Counted from the first letter of the stretch, positions 40,454-51,484 are shown. The stretch is DNA of 64,000 bases from an uncultured Verrucomicrobiae bacterium (GCA_963812605.1 CAWEWF010000014.1:320001-384000); one strand, 5' to 3'. The notes: generated by a model not told the origin, from the letters alone. A program made the numbers and translations.

Positions 40454-40651
40454 ATGGCAGACGGCGACAAAATTGAAGTGGAACTGATCAAATTGGTCAG
40501 TGGTGAACGTCTTCTTCGACTCTCAGAAGCACGGTCGGGATTGTCGCTAGAAAAGAAACTCGACCCGAGCCAACCAGTAGTTCGTCAGAAGAAACAGCTT
40601 CTCGGTGTGTTTGAGGCAGCGCTCGCACGAGCACAGTTTACCCCTGCCTGA
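40454..40651 (+). CDS. small hypothetical protein (65 aa)
   Basis: Starts 4 nt after the previous stop; GERLLRL....GLSLEKKLDP. Confidence 0.6.
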   Translation: MADGDKIEVELIKLVSGERLLRLSEARSGLSLEKKLDPSQPVVRQKKQLLGVFEAALARAQFTPA

Positions 40652-40984
40652 CCACCTTTCCCCATGTCCAGAGTACTGACTTGATCCCAATGACTGGGTT
40701 GACCCCAATAATGCATACGGTTAAGGTGGGCGTGGCATACGGGATTAAGAAGGCCAGAGGGAAGGAATGAACACGAACGTGGAAACATTTCACTACTACG
40801 CTACTGCCAGTCACAGTAGCGGGATCGGTCATCTTTTTGCGTATTTATTCTTCTGCCTGCTACTACTTTCCCCTGTAATTCTTTGCGTGATTGTGTGGAA
40901 GGTCTGGAAGAAAATTTGAAATTCGGGGACTACCGGCTATTCAGTATGCTTGCCAAACTTGCTTGGGATTGCTAATAGCTGACT

Positions 40985-41479
40985 GTGAAACGCGCGGTCT
41001 TGATTGCACTGACGTTGGTTTGCTCGGCGCAAGTTTCTTACGCTTGGCTCGACGCGACGGAAAAACAGTGCGAAACGCGTTATGGAAAGCCACAGCCTGC
41101 GGATACGGCAACCCCCGGGTCCGATAAGACAATCGGGTACTGGAAGGATGATGTGCACGTAACTGCGGACTTTGTAAAAGGAAAGTGTTTACGCATATCG
41201 TACGTCTGTAGAGATCCGGTAACTCAGGGTCAAATAGATACATTCTTTAAAGCAAACGGCGGTACTACGGCTTGGGCGCATTTCAAGGGAGGCGGAGAAG
41301 GGGAGTATGTACGTCACGATGGCTTGGCAAAGGCCACCGTCATGATCGGATATGGAGGAGGCGTATTGTTTAGCTACTTTTGCTGGGATAAAGCGCACGA
41401 CCAGGCCGTCAAAGATGCAGAAACCGCAAAGCAAGCGGTGGAGAAAGAACGCCTCAAGAAGTTTAACCACGATTTTTGA
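40985..41479 (+). CDS. secreted hypothetical protein
   Basis: Signal peptide (..QVSYA), QCETRYGKP; AT-richer codon usage. Confidence 0.65.
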   Translation: MKRAVLIALTLVCSAQVSYAWLDATEKQCETRYGKPQPADTATPGSDKTIGYWKDDVHVTADFVKGKCLRISYVCRDPVTQGQIDTFFKANGGTTAWAHFKGGGEGEYVRHDGLAKATVMIGYGGGVLFSYFCWDKAHDQAVKDAETAKQAVEKERLKKFNHDF

Positions 41480-41705
41480 CACGAGCGGGACCCGGCGCAC
41501 TCGAGATGATACCACTTTTATCCTCTTCCTCGCAAATTGATCTCCAGATAGATCAATGTTTACAGGCGTCCGGTAGAAGAGCTTCCAAACTCTCAAAAAG
41601 CTTCCAAACTGTGCTCATGCGGTTTTGGGATGTTGGGTAGGATTGGGGTATGAGAAGGGGGAAGGGCGGAGGAGGATCGGAAACTAGAGATTTGAGAGCA
41701 AAAAT

Positions 41706-41931
41706 ACCCACCCCTACCCCTCCAAGGAGGGGAACAATTTGTATAGGCCACGGTACAACATTACGCCGACGCGGGCGGTGATTGTGGTGGGGGATGACGG
41801 GAAGCGCGACGAAAAGGTGAGACCGGAGTGCTTTGGGAACGACCGGAGCACGACAGAGATCCTTCGCTTCGCTCAGGATGACAGGCTTGGGGAATTAGGG
41901 CGGAGACGGAAGGCGGTGCCTTCCCCCTACA
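41706..41931. repeat. cluster of three different REP-like palindromes
   Basis: 41706-41735 (copy of 34050), 41856-41883 gagatccttcgcttcgctcaggatgaca, 41908-41931 ggaaggcggtgccttccccctaca. Confidence 0.65.
41742..41807 (+). pseudogene. SOS-response-associated peptidase (SRAP) fragment
   Basis: YRPRYNITPTRAVIVV resembles the SRAP PRYNIAPTQ motif; no MCGR start or remainder of the gene. Confidence 0.5.
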
Positions 41932-41997
41932 ATTTGGAGACGGCAAGCGACGGCACAGGCGCACATGCCCGGCAACAGGTTTTGGGGCAACTTTTGC

Positions 41998-42294
41998 CTA
42001 CTGGTCGAAGGAGGCGAGGACTGAGTCAAATTCGCTGGTGCGGAAGGCGCGGAGGATCTGGGTTTTGAAGTGGCCCACGGAGGAGGTGCTGGCAGAGAAG
42101 GCGGCGATGGCTTCTTCGCTGGGGGCTTCGGCGAGGATGACGCCGTCGTATTGGCCCATGGTCCAGAGGAACTCGATGATCCGGATACCGAATTGGCCTG
42201 CCGCTTCCTTGGCGGCAGCAGCCCGTTTAATCGTATCCACAACGTTGCGGATTCCTTTGTCGGTGTATTGAAACAGCAAGACGTAGCCAGCCAT
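41998..42294 (-). CDS. GYD domain protein
   Basis: YTDKGIRN...R, WTMGQYD, T.ILRAF. Confidence 0.85.
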   Translation of the reverse strand: MAGYVLLFQYTDKGIRNVVDTIKRAAAAKEAAGQFGIRIIEFLWTMGQYDGVILAEAPSEEAIAAFSASTSSVGHFKTQILRAFRTSEFDSVLASFDQ

Positions 42295-42408
42295 GGGTCA
42301 CGCTCCTTTGAGGTTAAGCTGAAATTTTCCCACAATCGGGGGTTGGTGTGCAACTATTTTTTACGATGGGGTTTATTTACGGGGGCGGGTAGAATCGTGC
42401 GCATCTTT

Positions 42409-43206
42409 ATGCTTCTCAGCGTAGAAATCGGCGGGACCAAGTTGCAAGTTGGCGTGTGCGACCGTAAGGGGAGCATCGTGCAACTGGTACGTGTCGCCGT
42501 GGTGCGACGCGACGGGGCGCGCGGGATTCTCAAGCAACTGGAAATAGTGATTCCTCCATTGCTCGCCGCGCATCGAGTGAAGGCGATCGGGGTTGGCTTT
42601 GGTGGGCCGGTTGATTCCTCGCACGGGCAGATCGTCCGCTCGTTTCATATCAAGGGTTGGGACGGGTTTCCCTTGCGGCGGTGGTTTGTGCAACGCTTCA
42701 AACTTCCGACGATCATCGAGAATGATACGAACGCGGCGGGGCTGGCGGAGGCGCTGATCGGTGCGGGTAAGGGGAGACGGGCTGTGTTATACTCGAATGT
42801 CGGCACCGGGATTGGCGGCGGGTTTGTGGTTGACGGGGTCATCCGCAATGGGCGCTTCGGAGCGACAGAAATCGGCCATATGCGATTCTTCGTCGGCGGT
42901 CGGTGGCGCATCCTGGAAGAATTGTCGTCGGGTTTGTCCATCGAGCGCGGCAAGACCACGCTGGCGCAATCGGCGAAGTATTATGGAGTCGCTCTTGCCA
43001 ATGCGATCACGTTGCTCAATCCGGACATTGTCGTAGTCGGTGGCGGCGTAGCGCGGGCCGGGGAGAAATTCCTGGGACCCGTGCGAGAGATCGCCAGACG
43101 TTTGGTATTTGAACCGTACCGACGGAATTTTCAGGTCGTCCCGGCGAAGCTGGGAGATACGGTGGTGGTTGTGGGTGCGGCGTTATTGGCTGCGCGCGGG
43201 ATTTGA
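42409..43206 (+). CDS. ROK family sugar kinase
   Basis: EIGGTK, GFGGPV, ENDTNAAGLAE, GTGIGGG, EIGH, LLNPD..VVGGG. Confidence 0.9.
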   Translation: MLLSVEIGGTKLQVGVCDRKGSIVQLVRVAVVRRDGARGILKQLEIVIPPLLAAHRVKAIGVGFGGPVDSSHGQIVRSFHIKGWDGFPLRRWFVQRFKLPTIIENDTNAAGLAEALIGAGKGRRAVLYSNVGTGIGGGFVVDGVIRNGRFGATEIGHMRFFVGGRWRILEELSSGLSIERGKTTLAQSAKYYGVALANAITLLNPDIVVVGGGVARAGEKFLGPVREIARRLVFEPYRRNFQVVPAKLGDTVVVVGAALLAARGI

Positions 43207-43209
43207 ACG

Positions 43210-44016
43210 ATGCGATACCTTGTTTTTGGGGATGTTCATGGGAACGTGGTGGCACTGGACGCGGTGCTGGAGGCGGGACGCGCCCGCGGGGTGGAGGCGT
43301 ATCTCTTTGTTGGGGACCTTGTCGGTTATGGCCCAAACCCGCTGGAATGCCTGGAACGGCTTTTGCCGCTGGCACAGCGCGGCAGCATGGCGTGGGTGTT
43401 GGGGAACCATGAATTGGTGGTTCGCGGGGATTTCGAGCCGGCGGGTTACAGCGCGGAAGCCCTCCAGACGCTCGAGTGGACGAGGAAACTATTCGAGTCC
43501 AATCCGGTGGCCAAGAATTTCCTGGCGTCGGGCCATCTGACGTCGGTCGCGAATGATGTGATTTGGTTGACGCACGATTCGCTGGCGGATCCGAGCAGCG
43601 GAGGCTATCACCGCTGGCCGCAGAACTCGAAAAGTGAGTTGGCCTGCCTGCGGTACAATAAGGGTCGCGTCTGTTTCTACGGGCACACCCATAAGATGCG
43701 GGCGGAACTGACCGAGGGAGAGAAGGCGGTCGTGCTGGTGCCGATGACCACTCACCAAACCGAGGGGATCGATGCGCATCCGATTCATTTGCGGCCGGGC
43801 GACCTGGGTTGGATCGGCACGGGCTCGGTAGGTTTTCCGACCAATCCCCAACGCCGTCCCGAGTTTCTGATCCTCGATGAAACGGACGGCAAGGACTGGC
43901 ACGTTGAGAAGTATGACGTGGCCTATGATCGCGAGCAAGCGCGTGAGCGGGTCCGCGTGGGGCTGGGAAGCGATTGCAGCAAGGAAGTCGTGGAGCGAAT
44001 CGTGCGCTGGCTCTAG
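43210..44016 (+). CDS. metallophosphoesterase
   Basis: GDVHGN, GDLVGYG, GNHE, GHTH, GSVG. Confidence 0.9.
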   Translation: MRYLVFGDVHGNVVALDAVLEAGRARGVEAYLFVGDLVGYGPNPLECLERLLPLAQRGSMAWVLGNHELVVRGDFEPAGYSAEALQTLEWTRKLFESNPVAKNFLASGHLTSVANDVIWLTHDSLADPSSGGYHRWPQNSKSELACLRYNKGRVCFYGHTHKMRAELTEGEKAVVLVPMTTHQTEGIDAHPIHLRPGDLGWIGTGSVGFPTNPQRRPEFLILDETDGKDWHVEKYDVAYDREQARERVRVGLGSDCSKEVVERIVRWL

Positions 44017-44055
44017 TTCAGGCGAATTCCGCCGGGCGCGGCCGCGTGAAGCTGC

Positions 44056-44472
44056 TTAGTCGAGCAGTTGCTTGAGGCAGTTGATGAGGTGCTGAATGGG
44101 GAAGGGCTTGACGAGATATTTGGAGTCGGTCTGCGTCAGGAACAAATTGATCTTTGCTTCCGCGGCGAAGCCCGTAATGAAAATGAAACGGTCCGCCAGA
44201 ATGGGGCGCAGTTCGCGGGCTTGGAGGTAGAATTCATCGCCGCGCAACTTCGGCATCATAACGTCACAGACCACAGCGTCATACTCGTTGGCCTTCACTT
44301 TGACGAGGGCTTCCTCGCCGTCGTGGGCGACATCGACCAGGAAGTTCTCGTCCGCCAAGATCCATTGGAGGGCGGTGGCCAACTGTTTGTCGTCATCGAC
44401 GAGCAGGAGCGCTTTGAATTCGATGGTGTCGGAAGGCCGCACCGCCAAATCAGGCTGATTGTGAAGGTCCAT
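44056..44472 (-). CDS. single-domain response regulator
   Basis: LLVDDD, CDVMMP, ITG, KPF. Confidence 0.9.
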   Translation of the reverse strand: MDLHNQPDLAVRPSDTIEFKALLLVDDDKQLATALQWILADENFLVDVAHDGEEALVKVKANEYDAVVCDVMMPKLRGDEFYLQARELRPILADRFIFITGFAAEAKINLFLTQTDSKYLVKPFPIQHLINCLKQLLD

Positions 44473-44753
44473 AAGTTGGACTAGTTGAAAAGCAACTGAA
44501 GTGCCAATCATTGGCGCTCGTATGTGCGAGGGGCATCGCGATCAGGGCATAAAAATGGCGTATTTGCACCAAATTCGTAAAAATGAGTGGGGCCATGAAC
44601 GATTTTGTTGTGGTGATAAAAAGAGGGAATTTTAGAAGCGGGTTTTTATCCGCAAAAATGCGTGGTTTTGCGCCGTAACGTTTGTTGGCCCAGTGGAATA
44701 CGAGCTTGAGTGAATGTGGCTCTGACGTGGTGAGATTGGCTCCAATTCCGGCG

Positions 44754-44781
44754 TTGACAAGGTCGGCGCTTTTTCTATACT
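44754..44781 (+). promoter_or_regulatory. sigma70 promoter of the cold-shock gene
   Basis: TTGACA-16nt-TATACT. Confidence 0.7.
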
Positions 44782-44878
44782 TCGCCTGAAGTCTTCGGAA
44801 ATGCACCGCCGGTCCGAAGGTTTTGGAACGGCGCTCTGCCATACGGGACTGAACGAAGAAAGGCGAATGGAGAAGCAT

Positions 44879-45079
44879 ATGGCATCTGGCAAAGTGAAGT
44901 GGTTCGATACGAAAAAGGGTTTCGGGTTCATTCAACAGGAAGGCGGGGCGGATGTGTTCGTGCATTACACGAGCATTTCCGGTAACGGCTTCAAAAATTT
45001 GGAGGAAGGCCAGGCGGTCGAATTTGAGTTGGTCGATTCGCCGAAGGGTCCCAAGGCATCGAACGTAATCGCAAAGTAG
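44879..45079 (+). CDS. cold-shock protein (CspA family)
   Basis: GKVKWF..KGFGFI, DVFVHY, GPKASNV. Confidence 0.97.
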   Translation: MASGKVKWFDTKKGFGFIQQEGGADVFVHYTSISGNGFKNLEEGQAVEFELVDSPKGPKASNVIAK

Positions 45080-45094
45080 GCAATATTCCCAAAC

Positions 45095-45137
45095 AAGAAC
45101 CCCCGGCAACACGGGTTGCGCGGGGGTTCTTCTTTTT
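45095..45137 (+). terminator. rho-independent terminator
   Basis: aagaaccccc...gggggttctt followed by a T tract. Confidence 0.8.
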
Positions 45138-45160
45138 GCGTGAGGTCACTCTCGCTCCGG

Positions 45161-46108
45161 TCATGCCTTGCCAGGATTTGTGAAATAGGTCGAAAACCGG
45201 CCCTTCTTCAAGCGCCGGAACTCGTCCGATTGTTCGCGTTTGGTTTGCCGATAATCTCGCACGCCGCTGCTGTCGCATCCCAACAAAAGCGCGTGGGCCT
45301 TGTAAACCCGGGGCCGACCGATGACGCGGACTTTGCCAGGTTGCGGCGCGGGTCGTTTATCCAGCACAAGGAAACTCAAGGGCAGGCTGCGAAGATCCAC
45401 GCCAGCGATTTTCGCGAACCGCGCCCAATGGCCATCCATAAACACCTCGGGCGGGGACGGAGCGAAGTGGTGGCACCAATGCCGCTCATTCTCCGGCGTC
45501 AACATGCCGCACGCAGCCTGATGCGTACAGGGCGATACGACCTGGAACATGCTCCGCAGCCGTTCCCTGACCGCAATCAACTTACGGCTCGCGTCGTAAG
45601 TCCCAGGTTCGACCCAAATTACTGACGTCGCGTGAGTGGCCAAGACGAGCAGTTCATCGAGTTGAGCGTCGGCGAATTCGGTGAGCACGTGGCTGATCAG
45701 AAGCGTGCCGGACATGCGTTCGGGTGGTCGTTCCAGCCACACCTTGATATCTGGAAAAACCTCGCGCGCTTTGTGCGCGGCGAATTCCATGGCCAAGGGC
45801 GAGCGGTCCCAAAAGTGATACGTAGTTGAGGAATCCGGCCCGAAATGCTCCAGAAACGAGCGCGTGGCGATTCCGCTGCCACAACCCCAGTCGATGACTT
45901 CACCCGCAGTTGCTGGCGGCGACCAGCCGCGTTGCTTCAATTCATTGAGGACGTAGTCCCACTTCCAACGAATCCGCTGGCCGAACGTCTGGTCGTAACT
46001 TTCCAGGTCGCTCTCGGCGTGCCAGTAATCCTTCGCGCCAGCGGTGCCATCAAGAAACGCCGTGCGCAGTCGCTCCAGCGCCTTCCAGTCAACTTTCTCC
46101 CAGTCCAT
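45161..46108 (-). CDS. Rsm22-like SAM methyltransferase
   Basis: IDWGCGSG, SHVLTE, VEPGT, PCTHQ..C, WCH. Confidence 0.75.
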   Translation of the reverse strand: MDWEKVDWKALERLRTAFLDGTAGAKDYWHAESDLESYDQTFGQRIRWKWDYVLNELKQRGWSPPATAGEVIDWGCGSGIATRSFLEHFGPDSSTTYHFWDRSPLAMEFAAHKAREVFPDIKVWLERPPERMSGTLLISHVLTEFADAQLDELLVLATHATSVIWVEPGTYDASRKLIAVRERLRSMFQVVSPCTHQAACGMLTPENERHWCHHFAPSPPEVFMDGHWARFAKIAGVDLRSLPLSFLVLDKRPAPQPGKVRVIGRPRVYKAHALLLGCDSSGVRDYRQTKREQSDEFRRLKKGRFSTYFTNPGKA

Positions 46109-47285
46109 GTGTTAGCAGCGAATCCAAAGAGTGGTGTTTGATTCCGAAGAATTCCTTGAACCGATCGATCCGGTCGCGAGCGGCTGTTGACGTGAACGGC
46201 TCCGCGCGCCGCACCGCAGCAATCATCAGGTTCTTGGGCGTATGTTCGGTCGACACGAATTCAATCATCTTCGTTTGGTACCCGGCCCATTCCAGGAACA
46301 GCGCGCGCAGGCCGTCGGTGGACCATTCCGCCATGCGTTCAGCCATCAGGCCGTGTTCCAGCACCGGCGCCAGCGGCGCGGGACGGCCCATCTGCGGACG
46401 CACTTCCTGGTGACAGCATGGCGCTACAATAATTAGCTGTGCACCCAACTCGATGCCACGGCGGATCGCATTGTCCGTGGCTGTGTCGCACGCGTGCAGG
46501 GCAATCAGCGCATCGATTTTCGGCAAGGTGACGCTTTCAATCGTGCCTGCCATGAATTCCAAACCTTCCGCGCTGATCTTTCGGGCGAGCGCGTTGGCCG
46601 ACCCGACAAGCTCCGGCCGCGCCTCCACGCCAATTACCCGGACCGGTCGTTTCCAAAAACGCGCGAACAAGTGCCACAAACCAAACGTCAAATAGCCCTT
46701 GCCGCAGCCCATGTCCGCAATAGTTAGCCTGTCACGGCTCTCCGTCCATCCGCAATCCTTCGCGAGGTGCGTAAAAATCTCCAGGTAATGGTTGATCTGC
46801 GCGTATTTGTCCGCCATCGCGGGACGCACCTGCCCTCGGTCATTGACCACCCCCAATCCGTCGAGCCAATCGCGCGCTGAATCGTCCAGGATTGTTTCCC
46901 GCGGACGATCGTGCGCGCGTGAAGGCGCTGCCGTTGAAGACGGTTTGTGAGTCGTCAGTTTCGCGACGCCCGACCCGGTCACGAATAGTTGCCAGTCCCG
47001 CTTCGTGGTGCTGAGGAGTGCGCTGCGAAAATGCGCGCTGACCTGTTCCTTCGCCCAACCGGCCACTTCGCCCACCGGTAAGTTCTTGGTGACGTCGTGG
47101 GTTGCGTGCCGATAGGTGAGCGAGAGATGCGGACCGCCCTTCAACGTGACCAATCTTCCCAGTACCTTCTCCGGCGCGCCTTCTCCTTGGACTGGCCCGG
47201 AAAATACAAGTCGCACAAACGTGCCATCCTGCAGGCTGGTCGCCAGCCGTTGCGCAAATTCATCGTCAGGATTCGCTTTGGCCAT
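46089..47285 (-). CDS. SAM-dependent methyltransferase (Methyltransf_32-like)
   Basis: K..QIN.Y, DMGCGKGYLTF, ALHACDTATD, PCCH, EHTPKN. Confidence 0.85.
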   Translation of the reverse strand: MAKANPDDEFAQRLATSLQDGTFVRLVFSGPVQGEGAPEKVLGRLVTLKGGPHLSLTYRHATHDVTKNLPVGEVAGWAKEQVSAHFRSALLSTTKRDWQLFVTGSGVAKLTTHKPSSTAAPSRAHDRPRETILDDSARDWLDGLGVVNDRGQVRPAMADKYAQINHYLEIFTHLAKDCGWTESRDRLTIADMGCGKGYLTFGLWHLFARFWKRPVRVIGVEARPELVGSANALARKISAEGLEFMAGTIESVTLPKIDALIALHACDTATDNAIRRGIELGAQLIIVAPCCHQEVRPQMGRPAPLAPVLEHGLMAERMAEWSTDGLRALFLEWAGYQTKMIEFVSTEHTPKNLMIAAVRRAEPFTSTAARDRIDRFKEFFGIKHHSLDSLLTHGLGES

Positions 47286-47336
47286 GCTGCCAATTGTAGC
47301 CGCAAAGTGCGATTATGGCGACTTGCTCCGTCTTAG

Positions 47337-47789
47337 CTATTTGACCTGCGACGTGCAGTGCGGGCAGCGTGTGGCTTTGAGCGGAATGTCCAACAGACAG
47401 TACTCACATAATTTGGTGGACGGCGCAGGCGTGGGGTCCGCGGCTTGTTTGTGCTGCAAGGTGTTCATGGCTTTGATGACCAAAAAAATGCACAGCGCCA
47501 CGATAAGAAAGTCGATCACCGTATTGATAAATGAGCCGTACGCGATTACTGCCACGCCGGCCGCTTTGGCGTCGGCCAGCGATTTGTATGGCCCCTTGCT
47601 GCTATCGAGGTTAATGAACAAGTCGCTGAAATTAACGTTGCCCATCGCTTTGCCAATCGGCGGCATGATGATGTCGTTGACCGCCGAGGTGACGATCTTG
47701 CCAAAGGCGCCGCCGATGATCACACCGACCGCCAGGTCGACCACGCTGCCGCGCATCGCAAATTCCTTGAACTCTTTGATCATTCCCAT
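47337..47789 (-). CDS. mscL: large-conductance mechanosensitive channel with C-terminal Zn ribbon
   Basis: [38 protein letters not shown]...CPHC. Confidence 0.95.
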   Translation of the reverse strand: MGMIKEFKEFAMRGSVVDLAVGVIIGGAFGKIVTSAVNDIIMPPIGKAMGNVNFSDLFINLDSSKGPYKSLADAKAAGVAVIAYGSFINTVIDFLIVALCIFLVIKAMNTLQHKQAADPTPAPSTKLCEYCLLDIPLKATRCPHCTSQVK

Positions 47790-47940
47790 GACGGTGTCTC
47801 CTTTTCCGTTGGTATTATCGTTTGTGTCGGTTTGTTTGATTCTGCCCGCAGTAGCCTCACCAGATGAACCACGAGGGTGTTGTACCGAATCTTCGTCCGA
47901 AAGGCAACCGAAGAGGGTTTTGCGAAGAGGCCTTGTAAAG

Positions 47941-48336
47941 TTACTTCGGCCCGGGCATCGGCACCGCGCGCTTCACCAGTTGAACAGCGAAACCCCACGG
48001 GTCGCGAAGCATGGCGAGGTTATCACCGAGGGGATTGGTGTCCACTTCGCCTTCGGCGGTTGCTCCGGCCAATAACAATCGTGCGCGGGTCGCTCGTACG
48101 TCGTCCACGGCGAATGCGAGGTGCATCACCAATGGATCCATTTTAGCGTACGCGGGCACTGGCGCTTTCGCGTTGTAGTAAATCTCAATCATCGACTGGT
48201 TTTCCGCGTCGACAAGAAAATGCGCATGCCACGGCGGGCCGGATACTCGCACCACGCGCATCTGCAAGTGTTCGGTATACCAATGCGCCATGGCAACGGG
48301 CTCGGCGACGTTGAAGCCCACATGCTCAATTCTCAT
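47941..48336 (-). CDS. VOC/glyoxalase family protein
   Basis: [23 protein letters not shown]. Confidence 0.85.
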   Translation of the reverse strand: MRIEHVGFNVAEPVAMAHWYTEHLQMRVVRVSGPPWHAHFLVDAENQSMIEIYYNAKAPVPAYAKMDPLVMHLAFAVDDVRATRARLLLAGATAEGEVDTNPLGDNLAMLRDPWGFAVQLVKRAVPMPGPK

Positions 48337-48663
48337 ATCGGTGGACGCAGGCATAACCGATGGCGGGATAAAGGGGAAGCCGCAAGTTGTAGCGGTCAAT
48401 CCCATTGCTCCGGCAGAGCATTAGCGGCGGCGGAAGCCTTCGCGAAGGCGGATGTCAAAGAACCGGCCAAGCATAACCGCCTTGTCGCGCCTCGTCCCCG
48501 TAAAAGTATTGATTATCGATATAGGAGCGAAATCTATTTCTGGCCTGCCGCCTTGCTTTGTCGAGGCGTCCATCGCGTAACGCCAGATCAGGACATTCCC
48601 CAAACCTGCGTTGGGCTTGCCAACGGTATGCGACTTCTGGGAGTATCAGCCACGCTGGAGCCG

Positions 48664-51088
48664 ATGGACTATCACCTGCATCAACAGGGTCAGACTGTAG
48701 GCGCTTTCCCGCTGGAGGAGTTGTGTCGTCGTCGTAAAGCCGGGGAGTTGACAGGTTCAGAGCTGGTCTGGTGCCAGGGCATGGCCGAATGGCAGCCGCT
48801 CGATACCGTATTGCAGCGGGAAATGCCGGGGGCTGGCCCTGCGCCAACTCCGCTTCCAAAATCAGAATCGAACCTGATTCCGACGTTGATGATGATCGGG
48901 GTCGTTCTCGGGGGCGTGGTTATCCTGGCGGTATTTGGATTCCTGATCTTGTATCGCGTCCACGGCCTTTCACCCGCCGTGCGGCAAGCGGTCGCGGCTG
49001 TGGAACGGCCGGGGAGGGCATCATCGGCTTTGGAGGAAGCCAGCAAGCCCGTCCGGTGGACCACCAATACCCTGACGGCGGCGAAGATGGCGGTAAAGAA
49101 GAAGGAGTTTCGCATCCGCCAGTACCTGGAGCCCTACGAGAAGTACGGCGACCGCAATTCGGCGTATGACGCAGAAGCCTTGCAAATGATCAAGACCTGG
49201 ATTGATACTGGTTTTGGAGGCCCGCTCCAAACAAACAATCAATCGGTTGTGGAGATGTGCGACAAACTGGCGGCCAACCCCGCGTGCGACGATCCGCTGG
49301 TATTATCACTGACCGGTGCCAATGAGATCGAGATGCAGGAAGCGGTGCGACGATTTGACCGCGCGCTGAAAGGCTATGAGCATTCCCATTACAAGGCGTA
49401 TCCCCGGTTTTACGCAACCGTGATGCTGGCTACCGATTTGGCCAATTTGCATCGCGACTCACACCGTGTGGCCGAACTGGATTATTCGGCGAAACGATTG
49501 CTCAAGGACGCCTTGCAGGACGGCAGTATCCAGCCGGAGGATCAAGCGGAATTTGCGGATATCCTGATCGGGGGCTGGGGGAATGGATTTATCGAGCGCA
49601 GCGGGGCGGCGCTTCCGTCGATTGTCGAAACTGCCGGAGGAGATCGCTTCCAATGGTTGGCGCTCATGCTCGAAGGCGAATACGAAATCGAGGCCGCATG
49701 GAAGGCGCGTGGACACGGTTTTGCGGACACGGTGACTCAGGAAGGCTGGAAGGATTTTCACGACCACATAGAGAAGGCTCGCGCAAGCATCTCCAAAGCT
49801 TGGGAGCTCCGGCCCGATCTTCCTTACGCCGCCAGCCAAATGATGAGCGTTTGCCAGGGCGACTCCGGAATCAAGGAGATGCGCTTGTGGTTCGATCGCA
49901 CGGTCGCCCTTCAGATTGACTTTTTTGGGGCTTGGAACAGCCTCCGTATGGGACTTCGCCCACGCTGGTACGGGGATCTTGATTCCATGCTGGCCCTAGG
50001 GGTCGCTGCCGCCAATACCCGGCGCTATGATACGGACGTTCCTCGCAAGCTCTTTGACTCGATTTCTGATGTGGAGACCGATCTCGAATTACCGCCCGGT
50101 CAGCACATCTACGGGCGCGAGGATATCTGGCCGCATCTGCAGGAGATGTATGAAGGCTATATTGCGGAGCCTTCACGGGCCAAAGAGCACGATGGGTGGC
50201 GGAGCGCCTACTCCATTGTTGCGTACCTCGCCGGGAAATACGATGTGGCCCGAACGCAATTGCAAGCGATTAACTGGCAGCCGGTGCCGGGAAATTTCCC
50301 GGGCTGGGGCCGTGACATGGTGCTCATGCCTTTGGAAGTGGCCGCTCGCACCAGTCCGGTGGGAAAACAGATTGAGGCTGCCGAATCCGCGAGCCACAAC
50401 GGAAACATCGAGGAAGCGTTGCGGATTTACACGGAATTGAACTCCGCGACAAACACCGACGAACGAACACAATCGTTCGTGCATGAGCGATTGAACACGT
50501 TGACGACGGAACAGCGCTTGCAGTCGGGCAAGTGGGTTGATTTTCTCCCAACAGGAGAGGGTCTGACCGGTTGGACGGTTGGACGCGGGCACTGCACGGC
50601 AATGCCGGACGGCTCGCTGGTGGTTCGATCCGACCAGAATGGGCACATTGTTTACTCGCGCGCGCGGGTTGGTACCGAGTTTGAAGTGCGCGGCACATTC
50701 GAGGTTGTGCAAAGCTCGACGAACGTCCTTTCAGGCTGGCGTGGTCATGGGGCTGCCGCAGTTCGGGTATCTCGGATGGTATGGTTTTCGCATCAAGCGG
50801 AATAGGGATGAAGGCGATGTTGCCAGCTTCGCGGCAGGCTGGAGCACGAGACAAATTTCCAAGCCAGTCACGCTCAACAGTGAGACCAATACGTTCTATC
50901 TTCGCTTTCAAAACGGCTTGGTCAGCGCCACCGTAAACGACGAGCCGATCATCAAGGACATAAAGCTACCCGAAATCCCCGGTGTCCCTACGAACGAAAT
51001 GCTCGTGGGACTGGGCGCGTACAATGATACGAATGATACCGTGATCCGCTATCGCAACGTGCAGATCCGGAGTCTCGCGACACGCTAG
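48664..51088 (+). CDS. GYF_2 (DUF4339) domain membrane-anchored large protein (frameshift near 50730)
   Basis: GQTVGAF...LVWCQGMAEWQPL, TM helix, AWKARGHGFADTVT..GW..F and L.PRWYG (DUF4034-like), beta-rich C-terminus in ORF 50579. Confidence 0.75.
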
Positions 51089-51444
51089 CGCGATTCCTGG
51101 CTCGGCTGTTTGGTGATCTTTCCCCAGACAGCGATGGAGGCGACGACCAGCACCCAGAACGGAAACACGGCGATGCCCGGGATCGCTTCGGCGATCAACC
51201 CGGGGAGGATCAGCCATTGCCGGCCGAGGATGAGGAAGAGGAGAAAGGCCGTGACCACGTCGAGCAGCCATTGCAACGGCGGCGCAAAAGCGACGGCCAC
51301 CGCGCAGATATCCGAAATCGCCGCGACCGCGAACGCGAGCACGAGCCGCTTCTTCCGGTAACCGGACTGTGGCGACTCAATCCGTGGAGGGGTTTCTATC
51401 GGTCGCGGCGCTTCCTCCTTCGGCAATAATTCCCAGTCGGGCAT
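51085..51444 (-). CDS. hypothetical membrane protein
   Basis: LAFAVA..SD, LDVVTA, P.LIAEAIPG..FPFW. Confidence 0.7.
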   Translation of the reverse strand: MPDWELLPKEEAPRPIETPPRIESPQSGYRKKRLVLAFAVAAISDICAVAVAFAPPLQWLLDVVTAFLLFLILGRQWLILPGLIAEAIPGIAVFPFWVLVVASIAVWGKITKQPSQESR

Positions 51445-51460
51445 GCAGACATCTCCGTAT

Positions 51461-51484
51461 TGTAGGGCAGGCGCTCCGCCTGCC
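51461..51484. repeat. GTAG-type REP-like palindrome
   Basis: tgtagggcaggcgctccgcctgcc. Confidence 0.55.

Noticed and set aside
41580-41610. AGCTTCCAAACT direct repeat x2
   Set aside because: Only two short copies with a 7-nt spacer; not CRISPR-like, and no function can be inferred
47337-47420. Zn-ribbon at the MscL C-terminus
   Set aside because: A known, widespread MscL variant
48440-48462. GCCTTCGCGAAGGCGG hairpin
   Set aside because: Single degenerate copy; cannot tell a repeat element from a chance hairpin
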